DNA of 50,513 nucleotides from an uncultured Bacilli bacterium (lineage in GTDB: Bacteria; Bacillota_I; Bacilli_A; RF39; UBA660): contig CAJOJR010000014.1 in assembly GCA_905235065.1 (NCBI GenBank), forward strand, positions 1-50,513, read 5' to 3'. Below the pieces are notes generated by a model, which saw only the letters and a program-made list of their open reading frames with translations, searched no databases and had not been told where the DNA came from. Made by a program: the position numbers and the translations under genes. Below, piece after piece: positions 1 through 10,320 of this stretch; the first letter of the stretch is position 1, and every line of letters begins with the position of its first letter.

Positions 1-2
1 AA

Positions 3-140
3 GTTGCTAAGAAAGAAACTAAAGAAGAAAAAGATTTATCATCTTTAACAGTTGCTGAATTAAAATCTTTAGCTAAAGAAAAAGGTATCAAAGGATACAG
101 TACTATGAAAAAAGATGAATTATTATCATCTTTAAAATAA
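3..140 (+). CDS. rpsB: 3' end of a gene (probably 30S ribosomal protein S2) with a C-terminal Rho_N-like helical domain; partial
   Basis: Frame 3 reads VAKKETKEEKDLSSLTVAELKSLAKEKGIKGYSTMKKDELLSSLK*, a Rho_N-type motif. The rpsB identity is inferred only from its position directly upstream of tsf. Confidence 0.65.
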   Translation, partial: VAKKETKEEKDLSSLTVAELKSLAKEKGIKGYSTMKKDELLSSLK

Positions 141-149
141 GGAGGAATT

Positions 150-1019
150 ATGAATATTACAGCTGAAATGGTTAAAAACCTTAGAGAAATGACTGGTGCT
201 GGTATGATGGATTGTAAAAAGGCATTGGTTGAAACAAATGGAGATATGGATAAGGCTGTTGATTACTTAAGAGAAAAAGGTATATCAAAAGCTGCTAAAA
301 AAGCAGATAGAATTGCTGCTGAAGGTTTATCTAATATCTTTATTGATGGTAATAAAGCCGTAGTATTAGAAGTTAATTCTGAAACTGACTTTGTTGCTAA
401 AAATGCTGAATTCCAAGAATTAGTAGAAAAAATAGGTAAAACTATTTTAAATAGTGATGTTAAATCTGTTGAAGATGCATTAAACTTAACAGTTGATGGA
501 TCTACAAACGATTTAATTGTTGCTGCTACAGCTAAAATTGGAGAAAAACTTTCTTTAAGAAGATTTGAACTTATTACTAAGAAAGATGATGAAGTATTTG
601 GAACTTACTTACATATGGGTGGTAAAATTTCAAGCTTAATAGTATTAAAAGGTGGAAACGAATCAGTTGCAAAAGATATTGCTATGCAAAGTGCAGCTAT
701 GAAACCATCATATGTGTCAAGAGATGAAGTTCCATCTAGTGAAGTTGAACATGAAAGAAGCGTACTTACTTCTCAAGCAATTGAAGAAGGAAAGAAACCT
801 GAATTCGTAGATAAAATCATTGAAGGAAGATTAAGTAAGTATTTTGAAGAAGTATGTTTAGTAGATCAAGCATTCGTAAAAGATTCTGGTTTAACTGTAA
901 AAGCATATTTGTCTCAAAATAATGCGGAAGTTATTTTAATGATTAGATATGAAGTGGGCGAAGGCATGGAAAAGAGAAATGATAACTTTGCTGAAGAAGT
1001 AATGAGTCAAATAAAATAA
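150..1019 (+). CDS. tsf: Elongation factor Ts
   Basis: LREMTGAGMMDCKKAL, EVNSETDFVAKN, RYEVGEG motifs; GGAGG RBS. Confidence 0.99.
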   Translation: MNITAEMVKNLREMTGAGMMDCKKALVETNGDMDKAVDYLREKGISKAAKKADRIAAEGLSNIFIDGNKAVVLEVNSETDFVAKNAEFQELVEKIGKTILNSDVKSVEDALNLTVDGSTNDLIVAATAKIGEKLSLRRFELITKKDDEVFGTYLHMGGKISSLIVLKGGNESVAKDIAMQSAAMKPSYVSRDEVPSSEVEHERSVLTSQAIEEGKKPEFVDKIIEGRLSKYFEEVCLVDQAFVKDSGLTVKAYLSQNNAEVILMIRYEVGEGMEKRNDNFAEEVMSQIK

Positions 1020-1026
1020 GACTTGA

Positions 1027-1052
1027 AGAGTGAAAGTTTTCACTCTTTTTTT
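1027..1052 (+). terminator. Intrinsic terminator after tsf
   Basis: aagagtgaaa-gt-tttcactctt followed by a T-run. Confidence 0.85.
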
Positions 1053-1136
1053 ATTGGTTTAAAAAAATATTTTTTTCTTCTAAAAAAAAGTGTTTTGAAA
1101 AAAAAGTGGCGATAATATAAATAGAGGGAGGTGAAT

Positions 1137-3175
1137 ATGAACAAATTAAGTGTCAAACAAAATGGCTTTAGAGATTGTGCTGCTGCATGCTTACTTTCGA
1201 TAATAAGATACTATGGTGGAAATGCTTCAAAAGAAGAATTGAACTATATAATAAAAACAGATAAATATGGAACAAATGCTTATAATCTTATTGAAGGTGC
1301 TAAAACTATTGGATTTGATGGATATGGTTTAAAAAAGACATATGAAGATTTACTTTGTTATGACAATTTACCGGTGATTGCGCATACTAAAGTAAATAAT
1401 ATGTATCATTATGTTGTTATATATGAGATAAATAAAAAATATATAAAGTTAATGGATCCTGAATATGGCTTAAAAAAAGTAACTTATAATTATTTTAATA
1501 AAATATATTTAGGAACTATATTAATTTTATATCCTATAAAAGAAATACCAAAATTGAAAAGTAGAGATAAACTATTTAATTTCATCATTAATAACTTCCT
1601 ATTATATAAAAATAAAATTATCAAATTGACGCTTTTATCTCTTATAATAACAATACTTAGTATAATTATTAATACATATTTAAAAGTCTATATTGATTAG
1701 TTAATTATTCAACAAGACTTTTAATTGCCATATCTATTTGTTTCATAATGGTTATATTTCTAAAAAACATATTTGAAAATGTCAGGTCAAAGCTTCTGAT
1801 CAATATAAAACTTGTAATAAGTAAGAGTGTTACAAATATGTTTTTTAACCATATAATGAATCTTCCTTACCATCACATAAAAAGTAAACCTACTGGTGAG
1901 ATTAGTAGTAGACTTTATAACTTAGAAAACTTTAAAGATCTTGTTTCGACTATAATGTTGAATATATTTGTGAATATTTTTTTAGTAGTAGTAAGTATGA
2001 TAATATTAATTGTTTTAAATAAATCATTATTTTTAATAAGTATTATCGTAATAGTTTTATACTCGATTATTGTTTTCTTTTATTCAATGATATTTAAAAA
2101 TGAAATAAATGAACTTCAAATAAGCGAAGGAGTTTATTCTTCAAAATTAGTAGAATCTTTAAATGGATATGAGACTATAAAAAATTTAAATTTAATTTCT
2201 GAAACAGTTGACAATGTTAATAGCAGTTATAGTAAATACTTAAATAAATATAAATTGTTTGAATACTCCTATTCAAATGAAAGAATGATGAAAGAAATAA
2301 TAAACGATTTAGGTATGCTTTTTGTTTCAATAATAGGTTTAATTTTTGTAAGAAAGAATTTAATGACAATCGGAGATGTAATAATGTTTACTTCATTAGT
2401 ATTATTTTTTACAGAACCAATTAAAGAATTATTAAATTTAGTTCCTAGCATAAAATATGCATCAATCTCATATGAAAGGATTAATGATTTGCTAATGATT
2501 GAAAAAGAAAATATCAATAGAGAGAATAAAAAAATGATAGATGGGGATATATCTATTTCAAACTTATCATATTCATACAACAACACAACTAACATTCTAA
2601 AAGGAATCAATTTAAAAATAAAGAAAGGAGAAAAAATTTTAATACATGGTAAGAGTGGGATAGGAAAAAGTACGTTTGCTAAAATACTATTAAAATATAT
2701 TGAAAGTTATAAAGGGAGTATTAAAATAAATGATATCAATTTGAAGGACATAAACAATGATATTATTAGAAATACATTTACTTATATTTCTCAAAATGAA
2801 ATATTATTATCCGATACGATTAAAAATAATATTATTTTAAATAGAGATATTAGTGATAATCAATATAATGAAATAATAAAAATATGTAATGTTGACAAAA
2901 TAATTGATAATAAACCTTTGAGAAATAACTTTCTAATTGAAGAAGACGGTTTTAATTTAAGTGGTGGTGAAAGGCAAAAAATAATACTTGCAAGAGGACT
3001 TCTAAAAAAATTCAATATTCTAATTCTTGATGAAGCATTAAGTGAAGTAGGATATGAAGAGGAAATCAAAATTATAAAAGAAATATTTGAAAAATATAAA
3101 AACAATACAATTATTTATATTTCACATAAAAAGGAAATAATAGACTTTTTTGAAAATAAGTATTTGATTGATTAG
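1137..3175 (+). CDS. Peptidase-containing ABC transporter (C39 peptidase + TMD + ATPase), split by a 1-nt frameshift at ~1697
   Basis: C39 motifs QNGFRDCAAAC, HYVVI, MDP; ABC motifs GKSGIGKST, LSGGERQ, ILILDEA, ISH. One extra T at 1697 joins VYID-LVNYSTRLLIAISICFIMVIFLK into one ~680-aa ORF. ATG 1137 follows GGAGG. Confidence 0.9.
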
Positions 3176-3185
3176 AAAGGAGGAA

Positions 3186-3326
3186 ATGATGCTTACTAAT
3201 GAAGATTTATTCAATATTAAAGCAGGTGCTATTAAAGCTAGTATACTTGCTTTAATAGCAGCAGGAGTAACTTTCATAATAGGTGTTGTAGATGGTTATT
3301 TAAGACCATTAAAATGTAATAGATGA
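3186..3326 (+). CDS. Double-glycine-type leader precursor peptide 1 (46 aa), class IIb bacteriocin-like; not in ORF track
   Basis: AGGAGG RBS; MMLTNEDLFNIKAG-AIKASILALIAAGVTFIIGVVDGYLRPLKCNR*; GxxxG (GVVDG). Confidence 0.85.
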   Translation: MMLTNEDLFNIKAGAIKASILALIAAGVTFIIGVVDGYLRPLKCNR

Positions 3327-3475
3327 GAAGGGAGGAACTAGTATTAATCGTAGGAGGTTCTTCAATAAGTGGTACCGTTTTAAACGCCGTTATAAGAGCA
3401 GTTAATGCTGCTTTAGAAGTTGGAAGAAGTTTAGGGACTGCCATTAGAACTAAACAAGCATGTCCAATAAAATAA
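3323..3475 (+). CDS. Double-glycine leader precursor peptide 2 (50 aa), class IIb bacteriocin-like; not in ORF track
   Basis: ATGA overlap with peptide 1; MRREELVLIVGG-SSISGTVLNAVIRAVNAALEVGRSLGTAIRTKQACPIK*; GxxxG (GRSLG). Confidence 0.85.
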   Translation: MRREELVLIVGGSSISGTVLNAVIRAVNAALEVGRSLGTAIRTKQACPIK

Positions 3476-3497
3476 GGGTATTTACCCTTATTTTTTA
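3469..3497 (+). terminator. Intrinsic terminator closing the exporter-peptide operon
   Basis: aaaataagggta-tt-tacccttatttt plus a T-run. Confidence 0.85.
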
Positions 3498-3568
3498 TTA
3501 GTAAATTAATTGTAAAGTTGTTTCTTTTAAAATTCAAATGTATACTAGATTATAGTGAGGTAGTAAAG

Positions 3569-6500
3569 ATGGACGATAGAGTTAAAAGGTTTTTTGATGT
3601 AATAAAATTGAATGAAACTGAATATTCCTTTTTTAATGGTTCATCTGTTAAAAAAGTAGATGTTGATAAAGAAAATAAAGAGTGGATTGTTTATTTAAAT
3701 TTAGAAAATATAATCCCTGTCAAAACATTTGAAAACATGTATGAACTAAGTCAAAAAATAAAAGACGTTAAAAAAGTTCACTTTGTTTTTGATGTCAAAA
3801 ATTTAGATTATTCTTTATTAGAAGACTATTTTAAATATTATTTTAATATATTAATTGAAAACTGTCCAATGTTAGAAAGTATGAAGGGAAACATTATAAC
3901 TTTCGATAAACAAAACATTGTATTTGATGTTGTTAATAGTGCTGAAGAGAAGAAAATTAATAGTTTGAAATCTAAAATAATTAAATTTTTGGAAAACATG
4001 GGGTTTAAAGATATAAATTTTACATCTAGAATAAATGAAGAAGCTAGAAACAATGTTAAGAAAATGTTAGAAAATACTACTACATTTGAAATAAAAAAGG
4101 AAGATTCAAAACTATTATTCGGTTCTTCAATAAAAGGCGAATCTACTAAAATGTCTAATATATTTAGTGAAGAGAACAATATAGTAATAGATGCATATGT
4201 TTTTGGAAAAGAAGTAAGAAACATTCAAAATAAATTCACACTAGTTACATTTAAATTAAGTGATAAGACTGATAGTATGTATGCTAAAATGTTTTTAAAA
4301 AATGAAGCTGATGTTAAAAATATTGATAAAAACATTAAAATGAATAGCTGGTATAAGTTTGGTGGATATATCAGTAATGATTCTTATACTAATGAACTTG
4401 TATTAAACATAAGAAGTATTGAATCTCTTAATGTAAAAGAGCTTGAAAGAAATGACAATTATAGTGAAAAAAGAGTGGAACTTCATGCGCACACATTTAT
4501 GAGTCAAATGGATGGCTGTGTTGATGCAAGTGTTTTAGTTAAACAAGCTCATAAATGGGGACATAGAGGTATAGCTATTACGGATCATAATGGTTGCCAA
4601 GCATTTCCTGATGTTTATCATACTGTAAATGATATAAACTCAAATTTAAAAGAAGGTGAGGAACCATTTAAAGCATTATATGGTACTGAACTCACTTTAA
4701 TAGATGATGCTGTTAATATTGTAATAAGGCCTTCAAAAGAAAACTTGCTGGAAAGCACATATGTCGTTTTTGACTTTGAAACAACTGGACTTAATGCAGG
4801 TGGAGAAGACTCTATTATCGAAATTGGTGCAGTAAAAATTTGTAATGGCGAAATTGTTGATAGATTTGATGAACTTATAAATCCCGGACATAAGTTAAAT
4901 TCTAAAATATCTGAGCTTACTAATATTACTGATGAAATGTTAAAAGATAAAGATAATGAAGAAAATGCAATAAAGAGATTTATTTCTTGGTATGGTGATT
5001 TACCAATGGTTGCTCATAATGCTAAATTTGATGTCAGTTTTTTGGAAAAATGTTATCAAAAATACAATTTAGGCGAATATAAAAATACTGTGCTTGATAC
5101 TTTAGAATTATCAAGGGCACTTGATTCATCATTCGGAAAACATAGTTTATCTGCATTAGTTAAAAGATATGATGTTCCTTGGGATGAAGATGCTCATCAT
5201 AGAGCTGATTATGATGCTGAAGGTACTGCTTTGGTGCTTAATAAAATGTTACACAAATTAAAGAACCAAGGATATAAAACAATAGATGAATTGAATAGTT
5301 TGGTTTCTAAAGATGAAATATATAAATATGGAAGAAGTTATCATGTTAATTTAATAGCTAAAAACAAAGTTGGATTGAAAAACTTATTTAAAATTATTTC
5401 TCTTGCAAATACTAAATATTTGTATAAAACACCAAGAATTTTGAGAAGTGAAATTTCAAGACTTAGAGAGGGATTGTTAGTTGGAAGTGGTTGTTATGAA
5501 AGTGAAGTATTTATCGAAGCAAGAAGTAAAGGTGATGAAGAACTTTCTAATATAATTAATTTTTATGATTATGTAGAAATACAACCAATTCCATGCTACA
5601 CTCAATTAACAAAAACTGATGAATTTGCAAATGAAGCTGAATTAATAGATCATTTAAAAAAGATAATAAAGTCTACAAAAGAATCAGGAAAGATTATAGT
5701 TGCAACTGGCGATGTCCATCACTTAAACAATGAAGATAAGATAACAAGAGAAATAATTGTTAATCAAAAAGTTCCGGGTGGTGGAAGACATCCGTTGGCT
5801 AAATATGGACTTGATAATATACCATCATTATATTTTAGAACAACTGAAGAAATGATGAATGAATTTTCATTCTTAACGGAGGACGAAAAATACGAATTAG
5901 TTATTAAAAACACTAATAGAATATTTGATATGTGTGAAATTATTGAAGTTATAATTGAAACTGGGGGTGTTCCTTTTTCACCAAAAATTGATAATTCTAT
6001 TAATGAAGTTACAAATATGGTATATGAAAAAGCATCTTCTTTATATGGAGAAAAACTTCCAGATAATATTGAAGAAAGAATTGCAAAAGAATTATATGGA
6101 GATTCAATAACAAAATATTTCAATGATTTAAATGAAATGCATAATGTAATATTAGGTGGTTTGGATTCTATAAAAGAAGTTGTAAAGAATAAATTAAGAG
6201 AAGATAACAAAGAATTAAATGAAGAAGAATTAGATAAATTAACTAAAAAAAGTATTGGTGGAATAATAGGTGGAGGATTTGATGTTATATATTTAATTGC
6301 TCAAAAATTAGTAAAACATTCAAACGATTCTGGTTATTTAGTTGGTTCAAGAGGATCGGTTGGTTCAAGTTTTGTAGCAACTTTAATGGGTATAACTGAG
6401 GTTAATCCTCTTCCTGCCCATTATAGATGTTTAAATTGCAAATACAGTATATTTACTGATGATAATGGGGTATCTTTAGGTAAAACTTATTCATCTGGTT

Positions 6501-8044
6501 ATGATTTACCTAATAAAAAGTGTCCGTTATGTGGTACTGATCTTTATAAAGATGGGCAAGATATGCCTTTTGCTACTTTCTTAGGCTTTAACGCAGATAA
6601 AGTTCCAGATATTGATCTTAACTTTTCAGATTTAAACCAAGCAGATGCTCATGAATATACAAAAGTATTATTTGGTGAAGATAATGTTTATAGAGCAGGA
6701 ACAATTGGTACTGTTGCTGAAAAAACTGCTTTTGGTTTTGTTAAAGGATACTTAGAAGAAAAAGGAATATTTAAAAGAAAAGCTGAAATTGAAAGACTTG
6801 CTGTTGGATGCACTGGTATAAAAAGAACAACAGGACAACATCCGGGAGGAATAGTGGTAATTCCAAAATATATGGATGTATTTGATTTTACACCTTTCCA
6901 ATACCCAGCAGATGATCCTGAGTCTGCATGGAGAACAACACACTTTGATTATCATGCAATTGATCAGGATGTATTAAAGCTTGATATATTAGGCCATTCC
7001 GATCCAACACAATTAAGATATTTACAAGATTTATCTGGTATGGATGTTACAAAAGTTCCACTTGATGATAAGAAGACGATGTCAATTTTCTTATCACCTG
7101 AAGCATTAGGTGTTACAAAAGAGCAAATTATGTGTGAAACAGGTACTTTAGGTGTTCCAGAATTTGGAACTAACTTTACTATTGGAATGCTTGTTGATAC
7201 TAAACCAAAGACATTCTCAGAATTAATTAAAATATCTGGTTTGTCACATGGAACCGATGTATGGCTTGGTAATGCACAAGAATTGATAAGAAACAATGTT
7301 ATTCCATTTAAAGACGTAATTGGTTGTCGTGATGATATAATGGTATATCTTATGTATCATGGTGTTGAACCAATTAAGGCGTTTAAAATAATGGAATTTG
7401 TTCGTAAAGGAAAAGCATCAAAAGATCCAGAAACTTGGGCTTCTCATATTGAAACAATGAAGAATGCAGGTATAGAAGATTGGTTTATAAATTCTTGTGG
7501 AAAAATAAAATACATGTTCCCAAAAGCTCATGCTGCTGCTTATGTAATTAGTGCATTTAGAATAGCGTGGTTTAAGGTTCATATGCCAGCATTATATTAT
7601 GCCACTTATTTTACTTCTAGAATAACAGACTATGATATTGATTCTATGATAGGTGGTTATGATAAGATAAAAGAAAAAATAAATGAAATAAACAATAAGG
7701 GATATGATGCTTCTAATAAGGAAACATCTGTACTTGAAACCTTAAAAATAGCTTTAGAAGCAACTGCGCGTAATATAAATTTTCTACCTATTGACTTAAA
7801 TAAAAGTGGTAGTACTAATTTTATTGTAAAAGATGACAATAATTTATATCCACCTTTTTCAACAATTGATGGTCTTGGTGATACGGTTGCTAATCAAATA
7901 GTTAAAGAAAGAGAGAAATCACCTTTTATAAGTATTGAAGATTTACAAAATAGAGGAAAGGTGTCTTCAACATTAATAGAAAAAATGAAATCAATGGGAA
8001 TACTAGATGGTCTTCCTGAAAGTTCTCAATTATCTTTATTTTAA
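3569..8044 (+). CDS. polC: DNA polymerase III PolC
   Basis: PHP (ELHAHTFMSQMDG, ITDH), exonuclease (VVFDFETTG, HRADYD), GSRGSVGSS, VPDIDLNFS, YMFPKAHAAAY. ATG 3569 after GAGG is preferred over TTG 3518. Confidence 0.98.
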   Translation: MDDRVKRFFDVIKLNETEYSFFNGSSVKKVDVDKENKEWIVYLNLENIIPVKTFENMYELSQKIKDVKKVHFVFDVKNLDYSLLEDYFKYYFNILIENCPMLESMKGNIITFDKQNIVFDVVNSAEEKKINSLKSKIIKFLENMGFKDINFTSRINEEARNNVKKMLENTTTFEIKKEDSKLLFGSSIKGESTKMSNIFSEENNIVIDAYVFGKEVRNIQNKFTLVTFKLSDKTDSMYAKMFLKNEADVKNIDKNIKMNSWYKFGGYISNDSYTNELVLNIRSIESLNVKELERNDNYSEKRVELHAHTFMSQMDGCVDASVLVKQAHKWGHRGIAITDHNGCQAFPDVYHTVNDINSNLKEGEEPFKALYGTELTLIDDAVNIVIRPSKENLLESTYVVFDFETTGLNAGGEDSIIEIGAVKICNGEIVDRFDELINPGHKLNSKISELTNITDEMLKDKDNEENAIKRFISWYGDLPMVAHNAKFDVSFLEKCYQKYNLGEYKNTVLDTLELSRALDSSFGKHSLSALVKRYDVPWDEDAHHRADYDAEGTALVLNKMLHKLKNQGYKTIDELNSLVSKDEIYKYGRSYHVNLIAKNKVGLKNLFKIISLANTKYLYKTPRILRSEISRLREGLLVGSGCYESEVFIEARSKGDEELSNIINFYDYVEIQPIPCYTQLTKTDEFANEAELIDHLKKIIKSTKESGKIIVATGDVHHLNNEDKITREIIVNQKVPGGGRHPLAKYGLDNIPSLYFRTTEEMMNEFSFLTEDEKYELVIKNTNRIFDMCEIIEVIIETGGVPFSPKIDNSINEVTNMVYEKASSLYGEKLPDNIEERIAKELYGDSITKYFNDLNEMHNVILGGLDSIKEVVKNKLREDNKELNEEELDKLTKKSIGGIIGGGFDVIYLIAQKLVKHSNDSGYLVGSRGSVGSSFVATLMGITEVNPLPAHYRCLNCKYSIFTDDNGVSLGKTYSSGYDLPNKKCPLCGTDLYKDGQDMPFATFLGFNADKVPDIDLNFSDLNQADAHEYTKVLFGEDNVYRAGTIGTVAEKTAFGFVKGYLEEKGIFKRKAEIERLAVGCTGIKRTTGQHPGGIVVIPKYMDVFDFTPFQYPADDPESAWRTTHFDYHAIDQDVLKLDILGHSDPTQLRYLQDLSGMDVTKVPLDDKKTMSIFLSPEALGVTKEQIMCETGTLGVPEFGTNFTIGMLVDTKPKTFSELIKISGLSHGTDVWLGNAQELIRNNVIPFKDVIGCRDDIMVYLMYHGVEPIKAFKIMEFVRKGKASKDPETWASHIETMKNAGIEDWFINSCGKIKYMFPKAHAAAYVISAFRIAWFKVHMPALYYATYFTSRITDYDIDSMIGGYDKIKEKINEINNKGYDASNKETSVLETLKIALEATARNINFLPIDLNKSGSTNFIVKDDNNLYPPFSTIDGLGDTVANQIVKEREKSPFISIEDLQNRGKVSSTLIEKMKSMGILDGLPESSQLSLF

Positions 8045-8117
8045 AAAAACAAAATAACACAAAAAAATGTTTGTGCTATTTTGATATATGTTATATAATT
8101 AGATTGGAGGATAGGTT

Positions 8118-8666
8118 ATGTTTGATTATTTATATGGTAAAGTTGTGGGGGTTTATTCATCATATGTTGTAATAGATGTTAATAATATTGGTTTTAAAGT
8201 ATTCACTCCAAATCCTTATGTATTTGAAGAAGGGCATGAAGAAAAAATATATTTATATAATCATATTAGAGAAGATGAAAATACGTTATATGGTTTTAAA
8301 AAAGAAGAGGAAAGAGAATTATTCTTAAAACTAATAAATGTTAAAGGATTAGGTCCAAAACTTGCTCTTCCAATTTTAGCAACAGGTTCAGTCGATGGAA
8401 TAAAAGATGCAATCAATAGGGAGAATATTTTATATTTGAAAAAGTTCCCAAAAATAGGTGAAAAGGTTGCTAAGCAAATAATATTAGATTTAAAAGGAAA
8501 AGTAGAATCTAAAGGAGAATTTGTTAATACCGAAGATGAATTATATCAAGTTCTTTTAAGTTTAGGTTATAAAGCAAATGATATAAATAATGTAATTAAA
8601 CAAGTTAATAAAGATAATCCTATTGAACTACAGGTTAAAGAAGCATTAAAATTATTATTGAGGTAA
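8118..8666 (+). CDS. ruvA: Holliday junction branch migration protein RuvA
   Basis: HIREDENTLYGF, LINVKGLGPKLA, PKIGEKVAKQIILDLKGK. Confidence 0.96.
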   Translation: MFDYLYGKVVGVYSSYVVIDVNNIGFKVFTPNPYVFEEGHEEKIYLYNHIREDENTLYGFKKEEERELFLKLINVKGLGPKLALPILATGSVDGIKDAINRENILYLKKFPKIGEKVAKQIILDLKGKVESKGEFVNTEDELYQVLLSLGYKANDINNVIKQVNKDNPIELQVKEALKLLLR

Positions 8667-8668
8667 GT

Positions 8669-9295
8669 ATGGGAAAATTAGTATTATATTATGCTACAAT
8701 GAATTCTGGTAAAAGTTTTGATCTTATTAGGACAGAATATAATTATAGAGAAAATGGTTTTAAAACGCTTGTAATAAAACCTTCAAAAGATACAAAGGCA
8801 GAAGACTTTATTTTAGCAAGAGCTGGTCTTAAGAGAAAGGTTGACTATTTATTGGGTGAAGAAGAAAGTGTTATTGAAAAACTATATGGTAAACTAGATG
8901 GAATAACTTGTATTTTTATAGATGAAGCACAATTTCTAAATAAAAGCCAAGTAAAAGAATTAAGACTTATCACAGCGGCAACTGATATTTCAATTATTTG
9001 TTATGCATTAAGACTTAATTTCAAAGGAGAATTATTTGAAGGAAGTGAAGCATTATTTACTGACGCTGATAAATTAATCGAACTTAAAACTTTATGTCCA
9101 TTATGTGAAGAAGAAAGAGTGGCAAGATATGTTGGAAGAAAAGTAAATGGTGAGTTTGTTTCTAAAGGCAAAGAAGTAGTAATTGATGGCAGTAAAGATA
9201 ATGTGGAATATGTTCCACTTTGTGAAAGACATTTTTTAGAAGAAGTTAAAAAAGAAGATTTAAAATTAATAAGGAGGCGAGTATATGGAAGATGA
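8669..9295 (+). CDS. tdk: Thymidine kinase
   Basis: [28 protein letters not shown]...YVPLCERH. Confidence 0.93.
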   Translation: MGKLVLYYATMNSGKSFDLIRTEYNYRENGFKTLVIKPSKDTKAEDFILARAGLKRKVDYLLGEEESVIEKLYGKLDGITCIFIDEAQFLNKSQVKELRLITAATDISIICYALRLNFKGELFEGSEALFTDADKLIELKTLCPLCEEERVARYVGRKVNGEFVSKGKEVVIDGSKDNVEYVPLCERHFLEEVKKEDLKLIRRRVYGR

Positions 9296-10292
9296 AAGAA
9301 TAATAACATCTAAAGAGTTATCAACTGATAGTTACGAAAAGACAATCAGACCTATAACGTTTGATGAATATATTGGTCAAGAAGAAGTTAAAAATAATAT
9401 GATGGTTTTTGTTAAAGCGGCTAAAATGAGAGAACAAGTATTAGACCATGTACTTTTGTATGGACCTCCAGGATTGGGTAAAACCACTCTTGCTCATATA
9501 ATTGCAAATGAGTTAGGGACAAGCATTAAAACGGCAAGTGGACCAACAATTGAAAAAAGTGGAGATTTAGCAGCAATATTATCTACGCTTGAACCTAATG
9601 ATGTTTTATTTATAGATGAAATACATAGAATACCAAAATATATTGAAGAGATACTTTATAGTGCAATGGAAGATTTTAAATTAGATATTATTGTTGGAAG
9701 TGATGGGGGAACAAGAAATATTAATATAGATCTTCCACCATTCACTTTAGTTGGAGCGACAACAAGAGCAGGTGATTTATCTTCACCATTAAGGGATAGA
9801 TTTGGTATTGTTTGTAAACTTAATTATTATACTGAAGAAGAACTTACTAAAATAGTACAAAGAACAGCCAAAGTTTTAAATTTGGAAATTGAAAAAGATG
9901 CTGCATTAGAAATAGCAAGAAGAAGTAGAAAAACTCCTAGAGTAGCCAATAGATTGTTGAAAAGAATAGCTGACTTTGCATTAGTTGAAGGTGAAGGAAT
10001 AATAACAAAGGAAATAGCTAAAAGGTCTCTTGATAAACTATCAGTAGATTCGTTAGGGCTTGACCAAACAGATATTGAATATTTAAAATCGATAATAGAA
10101 AAATTTAATGGAGGCCCAGTTGGAATCGAAAGTATAGCATCGACTATAGGCGAAGAGGTAACAACAATTGAAGATGTTATTGAACCGTTTTTACTTCAAG
10201 AAGGATATATTAAAAGAACTTCTCGTGGTAGACAAGTGACTGAAAAAACTTACAAATATTTTAAAATAGAAAAGAATTTGGAACTATTTTAA
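9285..10292 (+). CDS. ruvB: Holliday junction helicase RuvB
   Basis: [37 protein letters not shown]. Confidence 0.98.
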   Translation: MEDERIITSKELSTDSYEKTIRPITFDEYIGQEEVKNNMMVFVKAAKMREQVLDHVLLYGPPGLGKTTLAHIIANELGTSIKTASGPTIEKSGDLAAILSTLEPNDVLFIDEIHRIPKYIEEILYSAMEDFKLDIIVGSDGGTRNINIDLPPFTLVGATTRAGDLSSPLRDRFGIVCKLNYYTEEELTKIVQRTAKVLNLEIEKDAALEIARRSRKTPRVANRLLKRIADFALVEGEGIITKEIAKRSLDKLSVDSLGLDQTDIEYLKSIIEKFNGGPVGIESIASTIGEEVTTIEDVIEPFLLQEGYIKRTSRGRQVTEKTYKYFKIEKNLELF

Positions 10293-10320
10293 AAAGGAAC
10301 TATTTGAATAGTTCCTTTTT
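10291..10320. terminator. Bidirectional terminator between convergent ruvB and the lipoprotein gene
   Basis: aaaaaggaactatt-tg-aatagttccttttt. Confidence 0.8.

Noticed and set aside
1088-1118. Sigma-F-like -10 (GGCGATAATA) upstream of the peptide exporter
   Set aside because: No properly spaced -35 element; too weak in AT-rich DNA.
3274-3537. 87-aa minus-strand ORF in the ORF track
   Set aside because: It is the antisense shadow of the two plus-strand leader peptides, which have an RBS, translational coupling, leader motifs and a terminator.
6090-6260. Intein in PolC
   Set aside because: The insertion is too short and lacks a Cys/Ser start, His-Asn end and homing endonuclease motifs.
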